Of a stretch of 64,000 nt of DNA, positions 26,756 through 41,480 are shown one piece after another; the first letter of the stretch is position 1; every line of letters begins with the position of its first letter. The stretch is taken from the NCBI RefSeq assembly GCF_001194135.2, contig NC_068990.1, forward strand, positions 53,252,889 through 53,316,888. Reading direction: 5' to 3'. This DNA is from Octopus bimaculoides. Its lineage: Eukaryota. The notes under the pieces are model-generated. The model saw only the letters and a program-made list of their open reading frames with translations. It was not told the DNA's origin and searched no databases. The position numbers and the translations under genes are program-made.

Positions 26756-27115
26756 GGTGGCAAGCTGACAGCATCATTAGCATACTAAACAAATTGCTTA
26801 GTGGCATTTCTTCTGACTCTTTATGTTTGATGTTGATAACTGAGCCAAAATCTGTGGTTGATGTAATTAACTACTTCTCTCCCTTAAAATTGTTCTGCTG
26901 GAATTTGAAATCATTGCTATTTAGCAATGCTGAAGAGTGGCAGAATTGTTAGCACATCGAACAAAATACCTTGCATTTGTTCCTGTTCTTTACATCAAAT
27001 CCTGCCATGGTCAACTTTGCCTTTAATCCTTCTGGGATTAATACTGGATTTGAATTAATTGAGCTAACCTTCCTCCAAATTTCTGGGCTTTGAAATTTAT
27101 ATTAGAAACAATTGT
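25816..27115 (+). mobile_element. Head-to-tail array of six family-A SINE copies
   Basis: Copies start at ~25816, 26100, 26292, 26514, 26753 and 26930. All have the same orientation but differ in divergence. Confidence 0.8.
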
Positions 27116-29639
27116 CATATCATAGAGAGATGTTGATGGATCGGGTCTGTTGACTAACTTTGATTTCCTCTTGTATAAAACTTTTGTTTCAAATAAATTG
27201 CTAATGACTTTAAGAGAGGTCTGGACAGGACAACGTCATCTTGCTCTTAAAATCTTAATTCTTCATACTCATAAAACCTACTTCACTCAATGATCCTGCG
27301 TCTTAATATATAGACCTGGGTCGGATTTTATGAGGACGACTACAATATCCTCTGTAATGCAAGTCTCTTTTCTCTCCACATCACTATTGTTTCAGGGGTT
27401 ACTGTCAGAATATGAGCTCGGACACTTAGTGTATGGCATCTTGCTTTGAAGTCGGAGCAGAGTGAGTCAGAACAACAACTGTGGGTCAATTTGTACAAGA
27501 CTCTAATGATTCTGCTATGATTCTGCTTTAATACCTGCACCATAGATAATACGTCTTCATTGAGATTTTAAATCTATTCCGAACCAATTGTGTTTTTACT
27601 TTCCCTATTGTTTATAAGTACCAGTCATATACTAGTGTCAATTTAATCAGTTACACAATATGTGATGGCTTCTTTTTTGACACCCCCACTCCCTCTCTGA
27701 GGAAAACACAAAGTTCAACTAGAGAATATAAAGACTGTCTGCTTCTTTAATGTGTTTGCTTTCAGTTTAGGAACACAGCTATGTTCCAGTATTGATAAAG
27801 AACTTATATTTAGGTTCCCAATCCTGAGAATGTTCTTTGCAAACATCTCTGTCTTTGTGCAAGACTTCCAGCTGTTTGCAAGAAGTGACACTTCATGAGA
27901 TATCTGTGTTGTTGGGTGATTGGCGAAGGATTTCTCTTCATGTACAGTCCCTAGCTATCACAGGAATTGAACCCATATCACAGACTCTGCTTGCCAGGAA
28001 CTTGCATCCCTACAGAGAAAAGAAAAAAAAGAAAGAACCAGGTTAGGTAGTTGTAACCTATTACAGATATTTGTTGTCTGTGTGTGGCAATGTGTGGTAG
28101 ATGTATGTTGATTTTGTGATGTGATGCATGATTAATGTTTGTTCACTGTGTGACTGATGCTTGTTGTCAGTGTGTGATGATGTGTGACTTGCTTGTGACA
28201 CCTTGCTTCAAACTGATACTACCACTCAAGTATTGTAATGACCATGGAAATAAACTACAAAATCATGAGTTCAAATACTTTTTCTAGTGTTGTGAAGAAA
28301 CAGGTCACAGCTATATTGCAACTTTAATAGTACCTCATTATTGTATGGTACAAAGTTGAAAATTTGGTGTGGTTGATCTAACCTCGTCTATACTCTGGCA
28401 AATTTTTAATAATAATGTTGAAAGAAGTTTTTCTGTGAGGCTATCATGAAAAATAACACCATTGAACTCTAGATATATCCCTTGGAAACAAACATCTACA
28501 TCAGATTATCCCATGATAAAAGATGTTTATTAATATTTTAGACTCTAGATAAACCTTCTTTTAAAACCCAAAGGGTTATTGTACATGTCTATGTCTCCCT
28601 CAGATTAAAAGGTTATACTTCTCCCTCGTAATATCTTCATGTTGTAATAAATTACTAACAACTAGAACAACTGCAGCCATTACCACTACCATCGTTACAA
28701 CCATTGAAACTAGTACTATCTCTTACATACTGTTAACTATCTTGACTCTATAGCACACCACTTTGGCCATCAATCCACCATTATTTTATCAAACATCTAC
28801 TTCCTTCCAGCTGTGTCCACTAGTTTCATTATTTATCTAATGGTTTTGTTTCACCTTTCAAATTTTGCCTCACTTGAATACACAGATACCTTTATCTTTT
28901 AACACTTGTAAACAGTTTATTGGCCTTATTGAGAGAAATATGCCTGGAAGATATCATGGTGCAGGCACTATCTGCAAGGATTTAGCTGATCTTATTGATC
29001 AAAAATCTGTTTGTTGAACTGCTAAGTTACAGAGATACAGCATTAAGAACGCTGGTTCATGTTGTGTCATGACATGACCACTGACTCAATTGTTTCTCTT
29101 ATTGAACAAAAGATTAAATGGAGAGAGAAAGAAATAATTGCTAGATATGCTGAGTTAATTGTTTTACAATACTGGTGTTACAACACTTTAAAGTTAAGTA
29201 GTTCTTGTCTGTATATTGTGCTTAACAATAGCTGTGAGCATATCAGATAATGCGTATACAAATGTATAACATTGTTTAATGTATATACAAATATAGAATA
29301 GCATTAGATGGAAAAATGTCTGAGAAACTTGTCATAGAGTTGTGTGTTAAAAACACAGGGTTTCACATGATGGCTATTAACATAATTGCTTAATTAAACA
29401 TAATTAGTGGGCATGAAGGGTTAATGATCCAATTATAATGATAATTATTATTACATGAGGAACACTGTTGAGTACATCCACCCTTCCCTGCTCAGTTGTC
29501 TCAATTTCCTCCTGAACTCAATTCAAAACGCTCTTGGAGGATTGTAATGAGTATCACAACTTGCTTTACTGTTCCCTTAGAACTATCAACCAGAAATTTA
29601 TTGGTGAATCATGACAAATATGAATGTTCTATGGTACTC

Positions 29640-29997
29640 CGTCGGTTCTAGTTGATCCAATCAACGGAACAGCCTACTCGTGAAATTAATGTGAAAGTGG
29701 CTGAGCACTCCACAGACACGTGTACCCTTAACATAATTCTTGGGGTGATTCAGCATGACACAGAGTGTGACAAGGCTGGCCCTTTGATATACAGGTACAA
29801 CAGAAACAGCAAGAAAGAGTGAGAGAAGGTTTTGATGAAAGAGTACTGCAGGATTTTCCACCACCCCCTGCCAGAACCTCATGGAGTTTTAAGTGTTTTC
29901 ACTCAATAAACACTCACAGTGCCTGGTCTTGGAATCAAAACTGCGATCCTACAACCGCAAGTCTGCTGCCCTAACCACTGGGCCATTGCGCCTCCAC
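29640..29997 (-). mobile_element. tRNA-derived SINE, family C
   Basis: Minus-strand head GGCGCAATGGCCCAGTGGTTAGGGCAGCAGAC...GTTTTGATTCC (A and B boxes). The 3' half is shared with the SINE at 46952-47249. Confidence 0.75.
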
Positions 29998-32900
29998 ATG
30001 AATGTTCTAAAGCAGTGATATATAACATTTTGCAGAAGACGTTTCATAAGGAAAATGTTGTGGACCATTAAATATAAATTTACTTTTAATTACATTATGT
30101 AACAATGGGACATAAAACTAGTTATGGGCCAATGGGTATCCACCTGGATCGTGTTATGCATCACTGATTTTTAAGGAACCATTGAAGGTCAATAGTTCAA
30201 GTTTATTTCACTTGTAAATATTCTTAGGAAAGGCATGAACATCACAATGTACTTCCTTACAGATATAACAGGAAAAATTGTTTTGTGTATTTATCATTTA
30301 TTAATTATTAAAGTTTTGTATAAGACAATATTTTCAATTCAATTTATTGCTGTTGTCTTAGTTATATAAAAATATTGAAGTTTCATTCATGCTGAGATTT
30401 CTTGGCTAATTGATATAATTAATTATTGGTCATTAACTGATATTTACAGACTCGTAGCTTGACTGAATGTTTAAGAAGTTTATTTTGTAATCATGACATT
30501 TCTGGTTCAATCCCAAGTTATGTGACATGTTGAACAAATATTTACCATGGCCTGGAGTAGACAGAAACTGTGTTGAATGAATTGTACCAGTAATTTAAGT
30601 GGTCCAACCTTGACATATGCTGTCACACTAACTCTACCTCAGGTTTATGTTGAAGTACATGGGTCTGTGGAGTACTTTGCTACATATATCAATTTAATGA
30701 GTGTGTAATTATATTAAATAAACAACTAAATATATCTCATGAAAACTAAGATTCAGGTTAAAGCAAAATTAGTGTGATGTTTATTTAAGATGCCATTACT
30801 AAATGAAAGTGTTTTGTGTAGTGTTACACCAAATAATTATACTGGTGATGGTGATGACGATAGCAATGAAATCTTGTGTTTAGTTGTTTCTTACAATACT
30901 GTGGAAACAATGTTTACTGGAAGAGGGAGAAATAGTTTCTTTCTATGAGAAGACTTTTGTGAGTAAGTGCTTGAGATATTCAGTTTGTTGTGATGCTTGT
31001 CTTTATTTTGTTTCAAGTTAAAATGGAAGCTTCTTCGAAAACCTAACTACTATATGTAAGGGGCATCACATTTCTTCTTCCATTCCCAGAGATTTTGGAA
31101 CTAGTTTTAGCTGAAACAATAGAACACTAGACTATTTAGTTGTGTCTGTATGTTTTGAGTTCAAAGCCTGCCAAAGTCAACTTTGCCTTTCCAGGGTTTA
31201 TAAAACAATCACTCCCAGTATTTGACTGGTACTTCAGTTGACTACACTCATTCCTGAAATGTCTGGCTTTGCATCAGCATTTAAAATCCTCATTATAATT
31301 ATCATAATTCTCATTAATTAGTGCATCAAGTTAGTAATTCTTTGGTTAGTAAAGGCCAGATGATCTCAAAGAGATTCTGTCTTACAAAAAACCACTTCCA
31401 TTCAACATGGCTACCAACACCAGTAAGATAGTTGCTCGACCTATTAGAAGCAACTGTAAAATCTATTTCAGATTACATTTCACTGTCTTTAAATAGAAAT
31501 GAATACATTAGATAATATTGACTTAGATACCTACCAAAATCAGATGAGATAGTCATAGTTGGAATGCCTTTAATCATAGATTTGCTTGATCAAGGTTGAA
31601 CTGGGATTAAACTATGACAGCCTCCAAAGGGAGCTTCTTCATGGTTATCAGAAATTACAGCTAGATCTTTTTCAGATCACACAGTAAAAGGAGATATTTG
31701 ATAACATAGTCTGGGGTATACAACAAAAGAACAATAAGACAGGATGGCCATGACAGGAAATATTAAACAGATTTATTCTTAGATCTATTTAATCACAGTT
31801 AAATGTTCTCTTGTGATCATTCCTCCAGAGTTCAGAGATGTTAAACATCAACAGTAGATAACCTCTGTCATTGACCTTTGACATCACTGACCTCTGCATG
31901 TCAAATGTGTTTAGTTCAGTCAGGGTTAGTAAAATTTCACTGAGATTATTCTTGATTTTTAGATTAAAGTTTTCAGTTTGACTTATGAAACAACATCCTC
32001 ATTGTTTTAATGTCCACTTTTCCATGTTTGCATAGGCCAGACAAAATTCATCAAAGCAGATTTTCTACAGCCAGATGTCCTTCCTGTTGTCAACCTTCAC
32101 CTGTTTCAAGTAAGGTAAAATTTCCCCTTGGCCAGGGATGTTTTCATGAAAGACTGAAAACGAGGGACTCTGCTGATATGATGGAGACACTTAATAACTA
32201 TCCTGTGATGCCAAGAAAGCACATGCACACACACACACACAAACACAAACACAGGATGACTTTTGTTCAGTTTCTATCTACCAAATGTACTCATAATGAT
32301 TTGGTCAGCAGAAGACACCTTAAGGTACCATGTGGTTGGCCTCACACCTTAGAGAGAGAACTAAGTCATGTCATGTTGATCAGTTGAATTTATTGTTATA
32401 ATTATCAAAATCTGCTAATAGCTGTTCAATACCACTGTAACCAGTAATTTTAATTGGTGAAAAATTAATCAAACAGAAAAACACACCAGAAAAGTCTGTC
32501 TTCGATGTTGTAATTTTCTTTTGATATTCGTCTTTGCCAATCTCTTTTAATCAATAGATGTCTTATTGATTTCCTAGATATACACAGTTTTGTAATCATC
32601 AGACAGTCCTCCCATCAATTTATTACTTTATTGATAAATTGATTTATCAAATCAAGAAATGTTTTTGGAATTACATAATTGAAGATGTGTAAGTCTTAGA
32701 TACAAGCCAAACCTTATAGCAGGGCTATAAGATGAATAAGTTCTTTTTGCAGCCATGTGGACCATGGTTTGATTCTAGAACAAATGTCTCCTGTCTAATC
32801 TCAGGCTGGTGCCAGAGCAGAATAAGCTTTGGCTCCTCTCATACTATCATATGAGATGTCATCTTGTATAAACAACTTCTCAGTGTTTGTAATCTTGCAA

Positions 32901-33123
32901 GCTGCATAGCAACTTCACTAGTGCTGGTGCCATGACAAAAGCACCCAGTGCATGCTGTTAAGTGATTGTTGTTAAGAAGAGCATCCTGCTGTAAAAAACA
33001 ATACCAAAGTAGGCATTGGAGCATATGCAGTTCTTGGACCCAGAAAATCCTGTCAAACTATCCAACGCATACCAGAATGTAACATGGGCCCTAAATGATG
33101 ATTATATATATATATGTATGTAC

Positions 33124-33187
<64 letters not shown>

Positions 33188-33189
33188 AC

Positions 33190-34085
33190 CCTGTCTGCTT
33201 TGTATTGTCTATCTTTCTGAATGTTTTATTGTCCTCTATTGCATTTTTGTTCCATTTTTATATTTATATATACATATAGCAGTGTATGTACACACTTGTG
33301 CTCACCTTTTAATAGGTATTTATCTAAATTTTGTATGACTCTTTTACTCTATCTTTTAGTCCCCCCCATACTTTCTTCCTCTTTTCGTTTTCTCGCTCTC
33401 CACTCTCTCTCTCACATTTCTGGGCCCTTTCTTTCTTTACTTCCCCCTTTCCCCCTCGTTTATCTCCCTTCGTTATCAGTTGAAAGGCACCTGATGTTAT
33501 TTTCTTGTTAATTGTATTTGTAATTGTGTGCCAAGTTCTTCATTTTTTGTCTTTGTTGCTACACACATTCGCTAGCTTTCTTACAAAAAAATCTAATGCT
33601 CTTAGCTTAGACTTTTTTTGGGGCAACCAGATTGAACTGTCTCAAATGTAACTGCCTGAAACAGTAAGGACTTCTGGTAAACTTGACTAATGAAAGAAGG
33701 CTATGAATGACCCAGCTTATTTCCCTGTCCTTCTAATTGTTGTTTCTTCTGTCAGCCGTTCTATCGTCTATCTGTCTGAATGTTTTATTGTCCTCTATTG
33801 CGTTTTTGTTCCGTTTCTGATATTCATATATACATATAGTGGCATACACACACACCTGTGCTCACCTTATAGTAGGAATGTATCTAAATTTTGTACGACT
33901 CTTACTCTATATTGAAGTCCCACTCATGCTTTCTTTTTTTCGCTCCCCCTCCCTCTCTCTCTCTCACATTTCTAGGCCTTCTCTTTTATCTCTGTCCTAG
34001 TTCTTATTTCTCCTATCTGCCTTTGTATCGTCTATCTGTTCGAATGTTTTATTGTCCTGTATTGCATTTTTGTTCCATTTTATAT
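33190..34085. repeat. Dispersed/tandem ~300 bp repeat, three partial copies
   Basis: GTCTATCT(T/G)T(C/T)(T/C)GAATGTTTTATTGTCCT(C/G)TATTGC(A/G)TTTTTGTTCC at ~33208, 33767 and 34028; two copies are followed by CTAAATTTTGTA(T/C)GACTCTT. Confidence 0.7.
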
Positions 34086-36866
34086 ATATATATAACTAAT
34101 AATCTCTCACTGACCTCACAGATTCATGCTATATAGTCAGAATTATGTTTTAACTGTAAAAACTGGTTTTAAACACAATCTGACTACCCATCTGATAAGG
34201 GGACACCAGGCACATGCATCACAACCATATGTGCACGACATGGTGATCTCATATCATGATTAACAGCGCATGACCTTGCAGGTGGGGGCCCAGCCAGTAT
34301 TTTCTCCAAGTCAAGTAGCCCATTCCACTCAAAAGGTCCCTGAATAAGGGTTGTTTAAGGGCGTTGAACGAAACACCCATGTTTCCAAAGGTGAATTATT
34401 CAAACCCTAAAGAATTCCTCTCAACACATGGCTATGATGCTCCTTCACTATTTCTGCTTGTGATCAGAGATGCACATATCGTCAGCCACCAAGGGACATG
34501 CTCAACTGGTTAAGGTCAAACAACTGACAAACAAATCTGTGGTATTGAGCAGAATATTTACTGTAGCCCATCTTTTATACCAAGACAAAACAATATACAT
34601 GATAATACTTCCACTCAGTTAAGATGAGAAACCATGAAAGCCACTGCCTGGTACTGCATTATTATTATTATTGATAGTGATGGTGGGACATATTACTCTA
34701 GAGAAAAATAATTGATAAATGTTATATTCCTAAAACTAGGAATTAGCAGTTCTTATTTTTGGGAACTAATTTACAAATTAGAAGTGTAAGTCCTTCTAGT
34801 TCTTATATGAGTGCAGCACATGATGTAATTTGTGTATATAATGTATGATCTATTATTATTTTTTATTGTTTCACTCATTGGACTGTAGCCATGCTGAGGC
34901 ACTGCCTTGAAGGGTTTAGTACTTATTTTGTTTTTAAGCCTGGTACTTATTCTATTGGTTCCTTTTGCTGAGCCACTAAGTTATGAGGACATAAACAAAC
35001 CAACACCAGTTGTCAAGCAGTGATGGAGGACAAACATAAAGACATGCACACACGCACACATAATGACAGGCTTCTTTCAATTTCCAGTTATCAAATCCAC
35101 TCACAAGGCTTTGGTAGAAGACACTTGCCCAAGGTGTCATGCTGAGGGATTGAACCCAGAACCATGTGGTTGAGAGGCAAACTTCTTACCACAAAGCCAC
35201 ATTTTAGCCTATGCTATTTATGTGTATATAACATGAGATGTAACATGTGTATAATGTGATGAAAAATTAGTAATTTATTTCCTACTTCTATGATAAAATC
35301 AAATGCTTGATGTTTTGTAGTCAGATGTATCCATCCCCTGCAGGGATCAGAACAATTGGTTTTCAGCTTTCAGATAAGGGGGAAGGGTAGGTGTGGGTAA
35401 AGATTCAGGTCACTGTATATTGTCCAGAGATGTAGCAGTAAAAGTGGAATAAAACACCCTGCCATCTTTGAAATAATTTCTTGAAACCAGGAACAAAGTA
35501 GACCTTTGCTAAGATAATGGTGCCATCATAGGAATCAATCCCAGTATATTACTGGTAGTTATTTTGCCAACATTTAATTAGGTGTGAGTGAAAATGTGAG
35601 TCTCAGTATAGGTACTCCAATATTTTCATTCACATGTAGGAGGCTTCACTGGAATATAAATTGATACCAGCATATGACTGGCATTTCAGTAAAGTTTGAG
35701 CTTCCAATATAAAGGGTTAAAACCAAATAAAATAAAGAAATTTGTCCAACTGGCTTCTTGTTTCAATCAAAAAAGTTTCTGATATGGTTGCAAATATGTA
35801 GGGAAGAAGCATATGTCTGTATGTGTATTAATGTTTGATTTTATGTCAAGTTGTAATACATAAAAACAATTTAACATGAAATTGAAGGATCACTCAATAC
35901 TTTTTGTAGAGTCCAGGTTTGTTATTAAACTTTTGCAAGGAAAAGGTTGACTATGACTTGCGAATAAAAGTAAGCAAAACAACTTTGAAGTAAATGTGAA
36001 AGTTTTAATAAGCACACATCTGTGTGTGTGTGTGTGTGTGCTTATTGAAACTTTTTATTATTATTAAAACTTATTAAAACACACATACTTGTGTTTGTTT
36101 GTATGTATGTTTAATTACTTCTGTATGGATGAAACAAAATCAACATCTAAGTAGTTTTCTTTTTTCAACTCAGAAATACATGAAGAAGCTAAATATTTTG
36201 AAACATACTGCAATTCCTGCAGAAGACAATTCACTCACTCAAATAATGAAGAAGACATAAATAACTCCAAATAATGTTGCAATAGAAATCTTTACTATCT
36301 AAATATCATCTCTATTTAATCTCTTCTATAATTTACATCTCTTTTTCATTTCTATTTATTATAAAATATTTGGGGTTTTTTCTTCATTTCTTGGAAGATT
36401 ATTCCAATATTTATTTACGATATCAAGCTTCATTTGTCCGTGTGCTAGCAACAAAAATATGTGTGAAATTCCTTTGCAAAACTTTAACTACTAAATATAA
36501 TTGAATTAATGAAATTTAATCCAACAGAAACGTGGAGTGGAAGGAAACACATTTTGACAATTTTTGATGAACAGAATAACAAACCAATGAAAAAATATAT
36601 TGATTTATGAAATTAATGAATGAAATAAATGAATAAATAAAGTAGATTTTGCTCTATTTTCTTGATTGTGGATATATGTAAATCACTAAAGACACACACA
36701 CACACACACGTGCGTATACATATACAAACACACACATACACAACAAAACAAGATTTTTGTATTTCAGAATATTATTGTATTTCTTCTTTTGAATTTTTAA
36801 TACATATACTTACATACATTTATACACACAATGTAAGTGTGTGTGTATTGTATGTATGTATGTATG

Positions 36867-36961
<95 letters not shown>

Positions 36962-37984
36962 GCACACACACACACATATACATGTATATACACATACATG
37001 TGTGTATGTGTGTGCATAAACACATCATTATTTAACATCTGCTTTTCATGCTGGCATGGGTTGAACGGTTTGTTAGGAGGTCATGCACCAGAGGACTACA
37101 CAGACTTCTAAGATATAATCATCAGCAAAGTGTATAGGTGATATTGTGGCTTGTTGTTGGTGGTGGGGCATCCAACATTATAAAAGGTGAGAATGAATGG
37201 GAGGTCTGAGAGAAAGAGGACAGGAATGGAGCAATAGACAGACAGGAGTGGAGAGAAATCCTGAATTCTTAAAGAAGAGGTGTAGGTGTTGGTAGAGATA
37301 GGTCAGAGTGGGGAGAGATAAGGATAGATTATGAGGAGGTGGAAAAGCTGAGGGATAAAAATAGTGAGAGAGAAAAGAGAGTGAGAGAAGAGTGGGTGAG
37401 TGCAGAGAAAGAGAGAATCTAGAGGTGTTGGAGAGTGGCATATATGTAAGGGAAAGTGAATACAGTGAAAACATCCAAGCAGGGAAGGCAGTGGAAAGAG
37501 GATGGTGAGAGAAAGGGGTATGGAGAAGCAGTAAATGGGGGCAATAAGTGCAGTATGGTCAAAAGAAAGGGCTAGAGAGTACCCCAGAGATAAGAAGAGG
37601 TGTTGGATGGCAGTAGAGGTAACCTGGGAGAGGCTGTGCTGGCTGTTCATTAGCAGGATGGAGGGGGTGATGAGTGAGGATGAAGTGGCAATCATAGAAG
37701 TGTTTTGAGCTTAGTAAAATCATGTGGCACCTTAGACAGGTGTCTTTGACTATAGCCCTGGGTTAGGGTTAGCCCTGGGGTAAGAAATCCTTGTGCATGG
37801 ATTTGGCAGACAAAAACTGAGAGAGGCTTGTGTATTTCTCTCTCTCTCTCCCTCTCTCTCTCTCCCTTTCTCTCTCTCTCCCTCTATCTCTCTCCCTCTC
37901 TCTCTCTCTTGCGTNNNNNNNNNNCCTCTCTCTCTCTCCCTTTCTCTCTCTCTCCCTCTATCTCTCTCCCTCTATCTCTCTCTT

Positions 37985-39028
37985 GCGTGTGAATGCTTCA
38001 CATGCAGCACACAGCTGTTCTTGCAGAATCGAAGCCCATTCCTGGTGCAGTTTTGCCTTCAGAGCATTGAGTGAAGTATGAGGCGTGCTCAAGACCCTTG
38101 TCTCCAAAATGGACCAAACAGAAAAATCCAATGGGTTCAGATCGTGGCTTCTTGAGGGCCATACATTCTTGACTATGAAGGACAGAATGTTTTTCTGAAT
38201 CCATGGTGTGCCTTGAAAGTGCTCATTTGCCCATGGAAGCAGTTCAGCTTCCAGAATGTCGTTAATGTATCACTGGGTGTTAATTCTAACACTTGAAAGC
38301 ACAAAAATGAGGAGAGACCTTCCAGTGGCTGTCACAGCTGCCCAAACCATAACTGCTGTGAATTTTTATGAGTCTACCCTTGACAGAGTCTGATACACTC
38401 CAAAACTGGTCATTCTGATGGTTTACTATCTGTTTGATGTCAAATTTCTTTTCATTAGTGAATACCAGGCTGGGCAGTATGCCTTCAGCAATCTGACACA
38501 GGATAAGATGCCTTCACTCCAATCTCATGGTATTATAATCTTGCATGAGCTCATGATTGCAGATCTTCTTGTAGGGGTGGGTCTTGAGATCCTCCTTCAA
38601 CACTTGATACATTGATATTGAACTTATTTTTGCTGTGACAGCCAGTCTTCTGATGGAACGAGGAGGATTTTGCTGTATCTTTTCTCTGGAATTTTTGATA
38701 TGCTGAGGGGTATGCATACTTCTTTTTTGACCACGTCCAGGTCAGTCAGTGGTGGAACCAGTCTCTTGAGATTTCTTGATGATTTTCCAGGCTGTTCGGT
38801 TAATTTAAGCTTTTTTGCCATAGCTGAATTACCTTCACCTCCTTCATGGGTTTATGATTGTATTTCGGTCTATAGCCATTATCTAATTTATAAATCTGAA
38901 TTTATTTAGTCTGAAACAGAAAGAAGACACTAAGCTTTTATAATGTTGTATAATTTTCATATCTTATCACATTTGTTGATAATTATTAAAGCCTGAAACT
39001 TCAGTTGTCTTAACTTCAGGACACCCTG
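37985..39028 (-). mobile_element. maT (Bmmar1-like, DD37D) transposon remnant with one TIR
   Basis: TIR TA|CAGGGTGTCCTGAAG at 39030-39014; ATG at 38879. Motifs KIQQNPPRSIRRLA, LVFTNEKKFDIKQIVNHQND, VMVWAAVTATGRS and WPSRSHDLNPLDFSVWSILE. The 3' end is lost in a (CT)n tract. Confidence 0.85.
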
Positions 39029-41129
39029 TATATGTGTGTGTGCACACACACGTGCACATATGTTTGCGTTTCGTTATCTTCATATTCCTCAATAGTTGTG
39101 AAGACATTCTAGAAGCAGTGTTGTTTGGTTCCCATCTCCATAGAAACATGTCCAATCATGTGGGGGGTTGGTGGCAGGAAGGACATCTGGTTGTAGAAAA
39201 TCTGCCCCAGTGAGTCCTGTCTGTCTCACTGATGAAAAGAAAAAGTGAACATGAAAATGATAATATTGATCATGTGTGTGTGTGTATAATTTACACATAC
39301 ATACAAATATTTATGTATATTAAGCAGACATTGGAGTTTGATAAAGCCCTCTCACTTGTTGGATACCGTCAAACTGTCCAACCATGCCAGTATAGAAGAC
39401 AGACACTAAATGGTGATGATAGAAATATACATACATACATACATACATACACACATACATACATACATACATACATAATGCATACATATATATGTATGTA
39501 TTATATATGAGTGTGTGTATTTATAGACACACACACATACATTCATATATATTTGTATTTAAATATACATGTTTTTCCAAGGTAAGCTCATAGGAGCAAA
39601 ACAGTAGTATTCTTTTTATGATTAACTCTAATTTTTTTTATCACTTATGTACATAGATGTGTGTGAATATGTGTAGTGAGTGTGTGGAGGTGTTTGTATA
39701 GTCTGTTTGTTTGAATGTGTATATATGTGTGTGTGTGTTGTGTATATGTTGATATGTGGGTGTGTTTGTATGGTCTGTGTTGTGTCTGTTTATGTGTTTG
39801 CATGTATAATTTTTTATTTTCTTAGCTGACTATGAACGTTACTCAAGGGACTACAGTTTCATACTAGAGCTGTTATCAAACTGAAGAAAGCAATGGTTTC
39901 TTACGTACAAGAACTAAAATATGCTCTTAAAAAAACATCTATTTCACATGATTACAACATACAAATTTGAAAACTGTCTCTCATAACTGAATGTATAAAT
40001 GACATGGATTACATATGTATGGGTGTGCTTGTGGAAAGTTTGCTTGCATTTCTATTTTGTCTGTGTGTGTCTTCAGCTCTGTATGTATGTGTGTGTGTGT
40101 TTACACGTACAAGCACTTGGCCCTTGAGTCACTTTTGTCACTTTCTGCTGATTAAAAATAATAAAAATACATATACATCCTCATGTACTGAGTTCTATTT
40201 CTCTTGTTTGTTCTGCAAACTGCTGTATCTTTCATCTTTTACTTGCTTGAGTCATTGGACTGCAGCCATGCTGGGGCTCAGCCTTGAAGGTTTAGTCAAA
40301 GAAATTGACCACAGTACTTATTTTTCTTAAGTGTGATATTTATATTATCAATTTTTTTTGACAAACTGCTAAATCACAGGAATATAAACAAATCAATACC
40401 AGGTGTCAATCGGTGGTGAGGGACAAAGAAACTCCCTCCACTCACATACATACATACATGCACACATATATGCCAGACTTCTATCAGTTTCCATCTACTA
40501 AAGTAAATGACAAGGCTTTTCTCAGTGGAAAACACTTGCCCAGGATGTCATGCAGTGGGACTGAACCTGAAATGATGTGGCTGGGAAGGAGACAGTAGAG
40601 AGATTTGTGAGTTGGTGTGACAAGGAAAACAGAGAAACATACAAAGTATAAAAAATGCATATTTACATTGTAGCAGGAATATTTGGCAACCACAAACAGC
40701 TGGAATCAAAATCAGATTGCTAAGTTTCACAATCAGGAATTGTGTTGGAGATCAGTGATGCCAGCAGTCATTTAGCCAATCTGATCCCAAGCAGATATCA
40801 CTGTATCAGCACAAATGCAATTTGCCCAAATGCTGATAACATCATAATAAAAAAAAGCTGACCATTTGGACATCTGATAACCAGGATATGATTAACACAT
40901 TATTTTTCACACCCTTTTTTCTTGAACAGATAAACTATAAATAGAGCTATTTCACCACTAGCAGGTAGCTAATCCAGTTATACTGCTAGACATAACCACT
41001 AACTTTCCTGTTTTATCATTGCTGTGAATATATGTTCAGTCATTCATTGTAACAACATTTATTTGCCCTGTAGATGTGTTTCATATATATGCTTTGTATA
41101 TTATATAGACCTAGTCGCCTGTAAGTGCA

Positions 41130-41480
41130 TCAGGTTATACAGGAATACCCAGTGTAATACCCAGTGACTGGTGTAGCAGCATTATAGTTAACTACTACAA
41201 GGAGATGCCTTAGACAGAAGTATTTACAGAAACGACAAATTGCTTGACCCAGTCATGAAAGTTACAGAAAGAGTTATAACCCGATTAATTAAACACAGAA
41301 TTAGACTAGATGAGAGACTGTTTGGTTTTGTATTGGAGACAAGTACTACTGATGCTCATTGTACTTGAAAAAACATTAACTTGGAGAAAGTCCTTTATAG
41401 AGTCTCTTGCTCTGTGATATGGTGGTTTCTGAGGAAGCAAAACAGGTGGCTGGGTTGGCTGGTGAAAGTAGTGTTTCCAA
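41130..41480 (+). mobile_element. RTE LINE reverse transcriptase fragment
   Basis: IPSDWCSSIIVNYY...DALDR, KLLDPVMKVTERVI, FGFVL...STTDA and NLEKVLYRVSCSVIWWFLRK correspond to the first RTE RT motifs. Confidence 0.7.

Noticed and set aside
37860-37990. Duplicated (CT)-rich block either side of the 10-N gap
   Set aside because: Typical contig-overlap assembly artefact, not biology.
38910-38935. Strong minus-strand acceptor upstream of the maT transposase ATG (possible 5' UTR intron)
   Set aside because: No convincing donor was found between it and the TIR.
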